A DNA stretch of 64,000 nucleotides from the NCBI GenBank assembly GCA_031400775.1, contig JANNQN010000289.1, positions 108-64,107 of the forward strand, in the 5' to 3' direction. The translations under genes were made by a program, and so were the position numbers. The notes under the pieces are model-generated. The model was given only the letters and a program-made list of their open reading frames with translations. It did no database searches and was not told the origin of the DNA. The DNA comes from Planctomycetia bacterium. GTDB lineage: Bacteria; Planctomycetota; Planctomycetia; Pirellulales; PALSA-1355. How positions within the stretch are numbered: position 1 is the first letter of the stretch; every line of letters starts with the position of its first letter. Positions 24,378 to 34,900 of this stretch are shown here, piece by piece.

Positions 24378-25240
24378 TGCCTTCCCCGTGCCGCTTCCAG
24401 AGTGTTGACGAGCAGCATCGCCACGGTCAGCGGACCGACGCCGCCGGGCACTGGCGTGATGTGGCCGGCGACCTGGCTCACGCCCGCAAAATCCACGTCC
24501 CCCACCAGCCCGCTCTCGGTGCGGTGGATGCCTACGTCGATCACCGCCGCGCCGGGTTTGACCATCTCGGCCGTGATGAATCGCGGTTGGCCGATGGCCA
24601 CGATAAGGATATCTGCCTGACGGGTGATCTCGCCCAGATTGCGGGTCTTGCTGTGACAGACCGTCACGGTGGCATCGGCGCCCGCGCCGCGTTGCATCAG
24701 CATCAGCGCCATCGGCTTGCCCACAGTTTCGCTGCGCCCCACGACCACCACCTGCCGGCCAACGGTCTCGATACCGGTGCGCACCAGTAACTGCTGGATG
24801 CCATAGGGCGTGCAGGGCAAGAAACGCGGATTGCCTTGCACCAACCGGCCGACGTTCTCCGGGTGAAAACCATCGACGTCCTTAAGCGGACTGACGGCGT
24901 GCAGAACCCGCGAGACATCGATCTGCTTCGGCAGCGGCAGTTGCACCAAGATGCCGTGGATCGGCTCTTCCTTGGCCTTGTTCAGCTTGGCCACGAGCGA
25001 CAGCAGTTCGTCCTGCGTGGTGTCAGCCCCCAGGCGGAACAAGCGGCTCTGCATGCCGACTTGCTCGCAGGCGGTCACCTTGTTGCGGACGTAGACCTCG
25101 CTGGCCGGATCGCTGCCGACCAGCACGGCCGCTAGCGTGGGCACTTCGGCGTTGTTTTCGATGAAGTCGACGACCTCGTCGCGCAACTCGTCACGAATTT
25201 GCTTGGCAAGCTTCTTGCCGTCGAGGATGGCGGCCGGCAC
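24374..25240 (-). CDS. folD: bifunctional methylenetetrahydrofolate dehydrogenase / methenyltetrahydrofolate cyclohydrolase
   Basis: 288-aa ORF. ILDGKKLAKQIRDEL...LAAVLVGSDPASEVYVRNKVTACEQVGM...GILVQLPLP...VVVVGRSETVGKPMALML...TPVPGGVGPLTVAML. Confidence 0.95.
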   Translation of the reverse strand: MPAAILDGKKLAKQIRDELRDEVVDFIENNAEVPTLAAVLVGSDPASEVYVRNKVTACEQVGMQSRLFRLGADTTQDELLSLVAKLNKAKEEPIHGILVQLPLPKQIDVSRVLHAVSPLKDVDGFHPENVGRLVQGNPRFLPCTPYGIQQLLVRTGIETVGRQVVVVGRSETVGKPMALMLMQRGAGADATVTVCHSKTRNLGEITRQADILIVAIGQPRFITAEMVKPGAAVIDVGIHRTESGLVGDVDFAGVSQVAGHITPVPGGVGPLTVAMLLVNTLEAARGRH

Positions 25241-25403
25241 AGGGGGACCTTTCTATCGCCAAAGCGGGGATCGGGAGGCCGCATTCTAGCCCACACTTCG
25301 GCGGACGACTATTGGCCGAGGTCTGTCTAAAAGCGACGCCCGGTCTCCCGCATTAGCGCGTCAAAGCGACGTGGTCCGGCGGCCCGAAAGCCGTTATATT
25401 CAG

Positions 25404-25456
25404 TTGACAAGCGGCGTCCATCGCGCGAATAATCACAATGATGCTAATCATTGTGA
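25404..25456 (+). promoter_or_regulatory. sigma70-like promoter (TTGACA-18 nt-AATAAT) abutting a perfect 10-4-10 palindromic operator candidate
   Basis: TTGACA at 25404..25409 and AATAAT at 25428..25433. Palindrome TCACAATGAT-GCTA-ATCATTGTGA at 25433..25456, 68 nt upstream of ATG 25524. It forms an AT-rich island in GC-rich DNA. Confidence 0.5.
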
Positions 25457-25523
25457 CGATTTAGCGCCTCCCGCCGCTACTTGCGAGTCTCGCCCGGTCC
25501 CAGCTAAGCACGTCTCAACAATT

Positions 25524-27266
25524 ATGTCCGACGAAGCCAAAATCAGCGCGGTCGAAGTCTTCAAGATCGAGAGCAACTACCTGCGCGGCGATATCGGCAC
25601 GGAGTTGCGGGACGAGAACGACTTTTTCGGCAAGGCCAGCATCCAATTGCTGAAGAATCACGGCACGTACCAGCAGGATGACCGCGACGCGCGGGCCGCG
25701 GGCCGGGTCGAGGGGGGCAAGGGCAAGTCGCCCAAGGCCTACTCGTTCATGATCCGCACCAAGATTCCCGGCGGCAAGCTCTCCAGCGATCAATTGCTGG
25801 CCGAGATCGATTTGTGCGATGAGGTGGGCAACGCCACGCTGCGCATCACCAGCCGCCAGGGACTGCAACTGCACGGCATTCTGAAGCACGACTTGTGGCA
25901 GACGATTCACCGGATCAACGAAGTGCAACTCTCGACGTTGGCGGCCTGCGGCGACGTCGAGCGCAACGTCATGTGCTGCCCGGCGCCCTTGGCCGATCGG
26001 GTCCGCGAACAATTGCAAACGCTGGCCGAAGCGATCGCGGTGCATCTGTGCCCGCGCACCACGGCGTATCATGAGCTCTGGATCACGGATCCCGACTCGG
26101 GCGAAGAGACGCTCGTCGGCGGCGGATCGAACGGTCACGAGGTCGAGCCGATTTACGGCCCCACGTACCTGCCGCGCAAATTCAAGACGGCGATCGGACT
26201 GGCCAGCGACAACTGCGTCGATCTGTACGCCAACGACTTGGGGCTTATGGCCGTGGTCGAGGGAGACCAGATCATCGGCTACAACGTGCTGGTCGGCGGC
26301 GGCATGGGCGTGACGCCCAGCGCCGAGAAAACTTTTCCGGCCGTTGCCAAGCGGATGGCGTTCATCAAGCCCGAGGAGGCCATCGACGTTGTCACGGCAA
26401 TCGTCAAGGTGCAGCGCGATTTCGGCAACCGCGCCGACCGCAAAGTCGCGCGGATGAAATACTTGATCCACAATTGGGGGCTGCCCAAGTTCAAGGCCAA
26501 GGTCGAGGAATACTACGGCCGGCCGCTTGCCGATCCGCACCCGGACGACGTCCACGCCTTCGACGATCACATCGGCTGGCACGAGCAGGGCGATGGCAAG
26601 GTGTTTTACGGACTCAATGTCGAGAACGGCCGCATCCACGACGAAGACGGACTGCGGCTCAAGACGGCGCTGCGCAAGATCTGCACCACGCTGCGTCCGG
26701 GAATTCGACTTACCCCGCACCAGAGCATTCTGTTTACCGATCTCGATCCAACCGATCGCCCGGTGCTCGAAAATATTTTGCGCGAGCACGGCGTCAAACT
26801 CCACGACGAGATCTCCGAGGTGCGGCGCTGGTCGATGGCTTGCGTGGCCTGGCCCACCTGCGGATTGGCCATTACCGAAAGCGAGCGGGCCCTGCCAGGC
26901 ATCGTCGATCAACTAGAAATCGAGCTAGCGAAGTTGGGCTTATCGCGCGAGCGCTTTACGCTGCGGATGACCGGCTGCCCGAACGGCTGCGCCCGGCCGT
27001 ACAACTGCGACATCGGCCTGGTCGGCAAGGCGGCGGGGCGCTACACGCTGTTCGTGGGCGGCCGGCTGCTGGGCGATCGGTTGAACTTCATCTATAAGGA
27101 CATGGTTCCCGCGGCCGAGATCGTGCCCACGATCGTGCCGGTGCTGGCCTGCTTCAAGGAGCACCGCGAAGAGGGCGAGACGCTGGGCGACTTTTGTCAC
27201 CGCCGCGGGCTAGCCGATCTGCTGGCCTGGACCGAGCAATACACGGCCCAAGCGACCAGCGCTTAG
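25524..27266 (+). CDS. cysI: assimilatory sulfite reductase hemoprotein (siroheme/[4Fe-4S]; CysI/Sir family)
   Basis: Track ORF 25371..27266 is trimmed to ATG 25524 (MSDEAKISAVEVFKIESNYLRGDIG). Cluster/siroheme cysteines are in ACVAWPTCGLAITESER and MTGCPNGCARPY. Confidence 0.9.
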   Translation: MSDEAKISAVEVFKIESNYLRGDIGTELRDENDFFGKASIQLLKNHGTYQQDDRDARAAGRVEGGKGKSPKAYSFMIRTKIPGGKLSSDQLLAEIDLCDEVGNATLRITSRQGLQLHGILKHDLWQTIHRINEVQLSTLAACGDVERNVMCCPAPLADRVREQLQTLAEAIAVHLCPRTTAYHELWITDPDSGEETLVGGGSNGHEVEPIYGPTYLPRKFKTAIGLASDNCVDLYANDLGLMAVVEGDQIIGYNVLVGGGMGVTPSAEKTFPAVAKRMAFIKPEEAIDVVTAIVKVQRDFGNRADRKVARMKYLIHNWGLPKFKAKVEEYYGRPLADPHPDDVHAFDDHIGWHEQGDGKVFYGLNVENGRIHDEDGLRLKTALRKICTTLRPGIRLTPHQSILFTDLDPTDRPVLENILREHGVKLHDEISEVRRWSMACVAWPTCGLAITESERALPGIVDQLEIELAKLGLSRERFTLRMTGCPNGCARPYNCDIGLVGKAAGRYTLFVGGRLLGDRLNFIYKDMVPAAEIVPTIVPVLACFKEHREEGETLGDFCHRRGLADLLAWTEQYTAQATSA

Positions 27267-27307
27267 CACATCACGGAGCAAACGCCTTGCAGCCCTTGCG
27301 CCCTTGG

Positions 27308-27691
27308 ATGCGATACGTGTTGCTGGTGGCCGGTGCGTACAACGTGCTGCTGGGGCTGAACATGGTGCTGTTGCCCTCGCGGTCTTTCGCGCCGCTGGGT
27401 CTGTCCGAACCGGAGTTGCTGCTATTCGTGCAGTTGGTAGGACTGATGGTGGGCGTGTTCGGCGTCGGCTACCTGATGGTCGCCAGATGGCCGCTTGAAA
27501 ATCGCGGCGTGCTATTGCTGGGACTGATCGGCAAAGCGCTCGTGGCGGTCTTGGGCCTGGCCTACGTCGCGCTGGGCAAGGTTCCGCCGGTCTATCTGTT
27601 CGTCGTGCTCTTTTCCGACGTGATCTACCTGGCGCCGTTCGCGCTCATCTTGCGACACCTGCAGCGCGTGGCGGCTGAGCGGGCCGCTTAG
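27308..27691 (+). CDS. small integral membrane protein (about 4 TM helices), hypothetical
   Basis: Track ORF 27194..27691 overlaps the cysI 3' end and is trimmed to ATG 27308 (MRYVLLVAGAYNVLLGLNMVLL). Strongly hydrophobic throughout. Confidence 0.6.
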   Translation: MRYVLLVAGAYNVLLGLNMVLLPSRSFAPLGLSEPELLLFVQLVGLMVGVFGVGYLMVARWPLENRGVLLLGLIGKALVAVLGLAYVALGKVPPVYLFVVLFSDVIYLAPFALILRHLQRVAAERAA

Positions 27692-27697
27692 ACGTTT

Positions 27698-28267
27698 TCA
27701 TCCGCCGGCGCTGGTGTTCAAATCCAGCGCGTCGGCTTGCGCGGTCATGGCGTCGATCACGAACTGGATATGCTCGTCCAGCTCGACGCCCAGGTCGGCG
27801 GCCCCTTCGGTGATATCTTCGCGACTCACGGCGGCGGCGAAGCTCTTCTGCTTGAACTTCTTCTTCACGCTGCTGGCCTTCATTCCATGAATGCCCTCGG
27901 GCCGCACCTTGGCCACGGCCGTGACGAACCCGGCCAGCTCGTCGCAGGCGTATAGCGCCTTGTCGAGCCGCGAGACGCGCGGGCAGTCGGTCAGATAGTC
28001 GGCGTGCGACTTGATGGCGTAGATGACGTGGTCGGGATAACCCTGCTCGGCGAGAATCGCCGCGCCCTGAAGCGGATGGTTGGGCGGATCCGGCCAGCGC
28101 TCGCAATCGAAATCGTGCAAGAGCCCGACGATGCCCCAGGTTTCTTCGTCGGCTGCGTATCGACGGGCATAAGCCCGCATGGCGGCCTCGACGGCCAGCA
28201 TGTGCTTGCGCAGGCTATCGCTGGCCGTGTATTGGCAAACCAGGTCCCAAGCCTGCTGCCGATCCAA
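27698..28267 (-). CDS. HD-domain (HDIG-type) metal-dependent phosphohydrolase
   Basis: 189-aa ORF. HMLAVEAAM...GLLHDFD...KSHADY motifs. Confidence 0.85.
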   Translation of the reverse strand: MDRQQAWDLVCQYTASDSLRKHMLAVEAAMRAYARRYAADEETWGIVGLLHDFDCERWPDPPNHPLQGAAILAEQGYPDHVIYAIKSHADYLTDCPRVSRLDKALYACDELAGFVTAVAKVRPEGIHGMKASSVKKKFKQKSFAAAVSREDITEGAADLGVELDEHIQFVIDAMTAQADALDLNTSAGG

Positions 28268-28271
28268 TCGC

Positions 28272-29840
28272 TTAGTCCCCGACTTTGTTGCGGGCCGTGT
28301 CTTCGCGCCCGGGCGTGGCGTTCTTATCGGGCTGCGCGGTCTGATCGGCGGGATCCTCTAGCGGGGGCGCCGCCTCGCGCCAGGGCTTTTTCTCTTCGTA
28401 GCTTTCCAGTTCCTTGCTCAGTTGAGCCTTGAGCTCGTCGCCGCCGCTTTCGACGGCTTTCTTCGACCAGGTAATCGCCGTTTCGAAGTCGCCGCTCTCG
28501 GCATAGCTGGCGGCCAGCGTGCTCAGCACGTGGGCCTGCTTGTACTCCGTCACCTCGCAGGCCTGCTTGGCCAACTCAATCGCGCGCTTGCCGTTGCGTA
28601 GCGTGTCCTCGGGCGAGGTGGCCAGGACCCAGGCCAGGTTGTTGAGCACGCCGCTGTTTTGCGGTTCGAGCAACAGGGCCGACTCGTAGTCGGCAATGGC
28701 CTCGGCCTGCTTGCCCAGGCTAAGCTGGACGTCGGCGCGGCCGCGATAGGCGGGCGCGTTTTTCGGATCCGCTTCGACGATCTCGTCATAAGCCACGATC
28801 GCCTTGAGCGGTTGCTTGGCGGCCTGGTGCAGCGCGGCAATTTGCAATATCAACTCGGAATTGTTCGGCATCGCGCGGCGCAACAAGTTGAGATCCGCCA
28901 GCGCCTGCTCGAACTTGCCGATGCTGCCCAGCAGACTGGCGTGCAGTTGCAGGGCCGCGACCGATCCGGGTTGCAGGCGCAGCGCGCTCTCGACGTCGAC
29001 CAGGGCCCCGGGGACATCGCCCTTAATGGCCCGCACCCGTCCGCGGTGCGTGAGCGAGGCCGGCGAATTGGGCTCGAGCTCGATGGCCTTGCTGAAGCTA
29101 ACCAGCGCCTCGTCGTAGTTCTTGGCCAACGACATCGCGACGCCGCGGGCTTCGTGCGTGTCGGCATCCTTGGGGTCGATCTCGATCGCCGCGTCCAGAT
29201 CGGCGATCGCCGATTCCAACTTATTCTGTGAAAGATAGTGCATGCCGCGGAAGCGCAGCGAGTTGGGATCTTTGGGAGTGAGCTGCACTGCCGTGTCGAA
29301 ATCGGTCTGCCGCAGCACGGGATCCTTTTGCAAGTTGGCGCGAATGATGAGCGAACGTGCCTTGGCAGCCGGGTCGTCCTCGCTCAAGCGGACGGCGTTG
29401 TCCAGCGACGCGAGCGCTTTTTCCGATTGGCCCAAGTGGGCGTAGAGTCGGCCGACCAGGTATTGTGCTTCGCCCTGCTCGGTGTCGATCTTGAGCGTTT
29501 GCTCCAGATCGGCCAGTGCCATTTGCACCAGCTTGCGACCGCGGTTGGCGGTCACAGGGCGTTCGAACAGTTCCGTGCAAACCAACTCGGCGCGCTGGGT
29601 CAGAGTGCTGGCCAGCAGGCCGTTGGCGAATTTCGTGTTGCCTTCGTCCAGTCCGGCTTCGATCGCATCCTGGCAGAGCTTGACGACCTGGTTCAGATCG
29701 GCGACGTTTTCGGCGGCCAGCTTGGTGTCGGTGGCCTGGTCCAGCAGAGCCTGGCCCTGATCTTCGCCGCGGGCCTGGCCGCACGCCAACAGGACGGCAA
29801 CCAGCATCACCCACAGACGGAACTTGAGGCGCAGCACCAT
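28272..29840 (-). CDS. secreted TPR-repeat protein
   Basis: Track ORF is trimmed to ATG 29840 (GAAGGAG 5 nt upstream; MVLRLKFRLWVMLVAVLLACGQARG signal). About 10 TPR units follow. Confidence 0.8.
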   Translation of the reverse strand: MVLRLKFRLWVMLVAVLLACGQARGEDQGQALLDQATDTKLAAENVADLNQVVKLCQDAIEAGLDEGNTKFANGLLASTLTQRAELVCTELFERPVTANRGRKLVQMALADLEQTLKIDTEQGEAQYLVGRLYAHLGQSEKALASLDNAVRLSEDDPAAKARSLIIRANLQKDPVLRQTDFDTAVQLTPKDPNSLRFRGMHYLSQNKLESAIADLDAAIEIDPKDADTHEARGVAMSLAKNYDEALVSFSKAIELEPNSPASLTHRGRVRAIKGDVPGALVDVESALRLQPGSVAALQLHASLLGSIGKFEQALADLNLLRRAMPNNSELILQIAALHQAAKQPLKAIVAYDEIVEADPKNAPAYRGRADVQLSLGKQAEAIADYESALLLEPQNSGVLNNLAWVLATSPEDTLRNGKRAIELAKQACEVTEYKQAHVLSTLAASYAESGDFETAITWSKKAVESGGDELKAQLSKELESYEEKKPWREAAPPLEDPADQTAQPDKNATPGREDTARNKVGD

Positions 29841-30037
29841 GATTGCTCCTTCACGTTCGGAAAAGCGAGACTCGGTAGGGGCCGCATTATGACGCCAAGG
29901 CCAAATCGATGCTATGCGAGTTCTGGCCACCTGCACGACGCGCAATTGTCACCTGTCGGACTCGTAATGACCCCGCTCTTTCCGCTCGGCGCCCGGCTCG
30001 GCGCGCCGCCGTCAAATCAGCACGGTGCGCAGTTGCA

Positions 30038-30898
30038 TTATAAGGGGGCTGGCAAATCGCGACGGCAAAAGATAATAGCGGCGGCCAGATAACCGGCCAG
30101 GCCCAGCCCGATCAGGATGCTGTCATATCCCAACCCCCCGAGCTCGATCGCCCCATCGGCGGCTCGGTTCCACAGGCTCCAGGCCCGATGCGGATCGGCG
30201 ACCATCAACTGCGGCTCAAACGGGGTGAAGAACGTGAGGTATCCCAGCCAACCCCAGCCCGGCGCCAGTCGGCTGATGATCTTCACGATCATCGACACGG
30301 CATAAAAAGCCCCCACGATGCCGATCACGTGCGAACGATAATTGGCAGCCGACGAAACGAAGGTGGACAGTCCGGCCAGAAAGACCGTCATCGCAAACAG
30401 GTTCAAGGCCGCCGGTACGAACACAATCGGCGAGACGCTTTGCTCGAGCGTCACGCTCGCCAGACCGACGCTGGTGCCCAGCAATGCTGAAGAGGCCAAA
30501 AGCGCCGCGCCGCACAGCGTGACCGCGGCCTGGGTTCCCAACACATTCAGACGCGTCAGCGGCTGAGCCAGCAACATTTCCATCGTGCCGCGGTTCAACT
30601 CGCCGGCCACGGCGTCGGACCCGCGCGAAATCCCCCACACCGTAATTAGCAGTAGAACGATCGGGTCGTCGTAGGCCACGGCAATCCGGCCCGCCGACGT
30701 GGCGATTTGCGCAAACGAAACCGGCATCAGCGTCTCGACCAGCTCTGGCATGAAGCTGAGCATGCCCTCCATGGCGCTGGTCGAAAAAAAACTGCTGATC
30801 CAGACCCGCAGCCAATGGACCGCGAACATGAACGCCATGCTGCCCACGAGCAGCCAGCGCGATTCGTACAGCGTTTTTTTCAAAAGCGCGGCGTTCAT
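30038..30898 (-). CDS. ABC-2 type transporter permease
   Basis: 286-aa hydrophobic ORF with ~6 TM segments, directly downstream of the ABC ATPase gene. Confidence 0.8.
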   Translation of the reverse strand: MNAALLKKTLYESRWLLVGSMAFMFAVHWLRVWISSFFSTSAMEGMLSFMPELVETLMPVSFAQIATSAGRIAVAYDDPIVLLLITVWGISRGSDAVAGELNRGTMEMLLAQPLTRLNVLGTQAAVTLCGAALLASSALLGTSVGLASVTLEQSVSPIVFVPAALNLFAMTVFLAGLSTFVSSAANYRSHVIGIVGAFYAVSMIVKIISRLAPGWGWLGYLTFFTPFEPQLMVADPHRAWSLWNRAADGAIELGGLGYDSILIGLGLAGYLAAAIIFCRRDLPAPL

Positions 30899-30931
30899 GT
30901 TCCGACTCGATCGATCTCTAGGGGGCGCAAT

Positions 30932-31807
30932 TCAAGAGGCGTGATACTGGTCGTAGAGTGCCCGCAATCCCAGCGGCTCGATGTTCACCTCGGCCAGCGG
31001 CAGCGTGGCCAGCCAACCCAACAGTCCCGATAGCTCGCCGGGCGTTTCGATCACTAGCGCGCCGGCCGCGTCGGTGGCGACGGTCACTTGCCCATTGAAC
31101 ATGGCCGGCAGCGGCGGCAAGCTGCCGGTCAATTGCGCGCGAATGCGATGCTTGCGCAGCAGATCGGCGATCACCTGCGTATGCACGACGCGGCCTTGCC
31201 GCAAGATCACGGCCCGATCGCAGGCTTGCTCGACCTCTGAAATCACGTGCGACGAGAAGATGACGGTGCGGCCCGCTTGCTTAGCTTCGAGCACTAGCGC
31301 CGCCACGTCGCTGCGCACCGTGGGATCGAGATTCGAGGTCGGCTCGTCGAGGATCACGAGCGGCGTGTCCACCGCCAGCGTCACGGCCAGGGCGAGCTTC
31401 TGCCGCATGCCGGTCGACATCGTCGCCACGCCGCGCGAGAGATCCAATCCGAAGCGATCTCCGGCCAGCGCCACAGCGCGCGTGCGGCTGCCGTCGCGGC
31501 GGACCGAAGTGAAAAAGTCGATGACGTCGCGGCCCCGCATTGCGCGAAATAGCCGCGCCTCGCCCGGCAGGTACGATACGCGGCGGTGGACCTGGTACGA
31601 CTGGCGGTAGCAATCCAAGTCGTCGATGCGCGCCGCACCAGACGTCGGACGCAGATAGCCCATCAAGAGCCGCAATAGCGTGGTCTTGCCGGCCCCATTC
31701 GGACCTAGCAGACCGACGACTTCGCCCTTCCGCACGCCGAACGAGAACTCGTCGAGCGCCGTGAACGATCCATAGCGCTTCGAGAGCGATTGAGTTTCGA
31801 CGTACAC
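30932..31807 (-). CDS. ABC transporter ATP-binding protein
   Basis: Walker A GPNGAGKTT. Signature-like MSTGMRQKL. Walker B LVILDEPTSNLD. Confidence 0.9.
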   Translation of the reverse strand: MYVETQSLSKRYGSFTALDEFSFGVRKGEVVGLLGPNGAGKTTLLRLLMGYLRPTSGAARIDDLDCYRQSYQVHRRVSYLPGEARLFRAMRGRDVIDFFTSVRRDGSRTRAVALAGDRFGLDLSRGVATMSTGMRQKLALAVTLAVDTPLVILDEPTSNLDPTVRSDVAALVLEAKQAGRTVIFSSHVISEVEQACDRAVILRQGRVVHTQVIADLLRKHRIRAQLTGSLPPLPAMFNGQVTVATDAAGALVIETPGELSGLLGWLATLPLAEVNIEPLGLRALYDQYHAS

Positions 31808-31932
31808 GACGCTCGTTCCGAAAAGCGGGTCAAACTGCCTCTGCCTGCGACGCGAGAACGCCCTTCATTGTTCTCGCCGGCTGCCCGGTTGGCAAGCGCT
31901 TCGCGAGTCGTGGTGGATTGCTACCTTCGCCG

Positions 31933-34900
31933 CTAGCGGTTGAACAGGAACGCCGGGCTGTTGATCAGGGCCCAGGCCAGATCCTGCGCGCCGGCCAGCC
32001 GCTCGTTCTTCGCGAGCTCGGCGATCGCTTGCACCGTGCGGCTCAGCCGCACCCAGTCGGCGTCCAGCAGCCGATAGTGGTTCACGATTTCGGCCTTTTG
32101 TGTGTCGCTGCGCGCGGCCGGCACAACGGCCAAAATGGCGGCGATGTTTTGCGGTGGCGTCTCGAGATTCAGCGGACGCTTGGCCGATGTGACCGCCACG
32201 CGAAACTTGCCGATCGTGTGCTGCTCGTCCAGTTGGTGATCGAGCGTAAGAGTCAGCACGGTGCCGCCCGCGAAATTCAGTTCGTCGGCGATCTCGAAAA
32301 TACCGTAGTGGTTCTTGCCGACCTCGGGATGGATCGCCCAATGGGTGTTGGGCTTGCCGTCGACGGCGCTGGCCACTGGCAGGTCTTGCTGGCTGAAGTC
32401 GGCGCTGGTGCGGCCGAACTTGAGCGCGGTCGATTTGGTCGGATCGGCTTTGGCAGCGGCCGTGGCGCTTAGTTCAGAGAGTGTCAGGTTGCCGTTGACC
32501 GCGCGGCCGGGACCGCCGCCGGGTAGTTTCGCATCGGACAGTAGCTCGAGGCGAATCGCCGTCACGTCGGCCAACTCCGTGCCCAGCACGACCGTGTATG
32601 TGCCGCGCCCGTTCGGGCCTTCGACCAGCACCGACTGGTCTGGCTGCCTGGCGAAGGTGGCGTTCATGCTGGCTTTGAGCTCCGTGGGCTCGAGCACGGT
32701 CCAGGTCGGGCCGGACAGCGACGATTCCCACTCGGCTTGCTTGGCGTCGAGCTGGGCTTCGCGTGCGGCCAACTGGGCCTTCAGTTGCGAAAGTTCCTGG
32801 CCGTCGGAGTGCAGAGCTTTGACGCCGGCTTCGATCTCGGTCGGCGCCGCCGGACGCGACAGAATCCGCATGAACAACTCGTCGACGACTTTCGCGTCGT
32901 CCGCCTGGGCCGCCACCAGCTTCGTGATCTCGTTGCTGCCGTCGGCGATCGCATCGGCAATGGTCGGGCCGTTGACCAGCGTCATCACGGGCCCCAGCAT
33001 CATGCCGCTCGATCGCTCGCACTCGCACGAGCTCTCGCGGGCAGGCCGGCCGAAGACCTCAAAGAAACCGCTCGGCAAGGTCAGCCCCACGTCGGGCAAC
33101 TGGGCCGCGCGGTATCCGGCCGGCACCCCCGGCAATCGGCTCACCGAGCCGGTCGTTCGCTGGATCGCATCGTACAGCACCTCGGCCGGCAGGCGGCGGG
33201 CGATGGCGTGCGAGAAGTTGATGTCGTCGTCCGTGTTCCACTGGTTGGTGACGATCGACGACTGATACGCGCGCGATTTGCAGATCGTGCGGAGCATGTG
33301 CTGAGTGTCGAAGCCGTGGCCGATGAACTCGACGGTCAACTTGTCCAGCAGTTCGGGATTGGTGGGAGGATTGCCCGCGCGGATGTCGTCGATCGGCTCG
33401 ATGATGCCGCGGCCGAGCAGGTAACCCCACAAACGGTTCACGTAGCTTTTGGCGAAGTACTGGTTTTCCTTGGACGTGATCCATTTGGCCAATTGCTGGC
33501 GGCGAGCGCCGCCGGCCGCGGGCGATTCGCCGTGTTCGTAGGGAAAACCGGGCGCGGCCGGCTTGCCGGTGCCGCCATGCAGCACCTCGCCGCTGGTGGC
33601 ATCGTAGATCGCCTCGACCAGCGGATTGCCGCCTTCGACCGCGCTGCCGCCGATTTTGCGGCCTTCGCTGGCCGCGTCCTCTTTGCGGCCCACCTGCGCG
33701 AAGTACGCGGCCAAATGATAGTACTGCCCTTGAGTCCAGCGCTCGAAGGGGTGGTCGTGGCAATGATTGCAACTGAAACGCACGCCCAAGAACAACTGGG
33801 TCGTGTTCTCCATCGTCTCTTCCGGCGTCCGCAGAATCTTGTAGTAGGCCGCGGGCGGATTTTCCAGGGTCGAGCCGCTACCGGTCAGCACCGCGTTTAC
33901 AAACTGGTCGTACGGCATGTTGCTCGAGACGGCCTGCTTGATCCAGTTGCGCAAGGCAAAGGCCCCCTGCTCGCCCAGGAATTTGCGATTCACCTGCAAC
34001 AGGTCGGCCCACTTGTTGGTCCACATCTCGACGTAGTCGCCGCCGCCGATCAGCCGATCAGTCATTTCGTCGCGCTTGATCTTGGTGTCGCGCGTGTCGG
34101 CCAGAAACGCGCGAACCGCCTCGGCCGTGGGGGGCAAGCCGGTCAAATCGAGCGAAATGCGGCGGACGAACTCGGCGTCGGTGCACAACCCGCTGGGCAG
34201 CGACTTCACGCGCTTCAGCTTGTTGTAAACCGCATCGTCGACAAAATTGTTGGCCGGCACGTCCTTCCACTCGTATCCGTTGCGGTCACCCATCACGGTG
34301 ATCGTGGTAGCGGTGTACGACCCCTCGAAACGCGCCAGCACCGGCGCCTCGCCGCGGCGAATCACCGAGACCAGGGCCAACTTGTTCGTCTCGGCCACAT
34401 CGGTGTTGCCGCTATCGACGAACGCTTCGAGCGTGACGTCGCGCACCGCGCCGTCGTTGTACGTCGCCACGACCTTCATCTGTTGCGTCATGCCGGGCAT
34501 CGGCACGATCGGATTCTTGGGGAAGATCTCGATTTTCGCCACTCGCGGACTGTCCGAATCCAGCTTCAGGCCGCCGCCGATCCAGGAGCGGATCAATTCG
34601 TAATACGGTTGTTCGGGCTGGGTTACCACTCCGCCGACGTGCGGGATGACGCCCGAGGGCTTGAGCAGCATCATGCTCTGGTCGGGGGCCGCGCGATTGA
34701 TGCGGCGTGCGGCGCCGTCGTCGGTCAGGGCGCGATGATCGAACACCGAGTCGTAACCGCGCAGCGAGAGCTTGAACCCGTTCTTGCCGTTGAGCGAGCC
34801 GTGGCACGTGCCCGCGTTGCAGCCCATCTTCGACATGGCCGGCATCACGTCGCGCACGAAGCTGGCGGTGTAGTCGGCCGCGGACGCAGCGACTTTCAGC

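Noticed and set aside
25433-25456. Calling the cysI-upstream palindrome a Fur box
   Set aside because: The half-sites contain AATGAT/ATCATT, but the arms are separated by 4 nt rather than the single central base of the 19-bp Fur consensus as I remember it. I report it as an unassigned operator instead.
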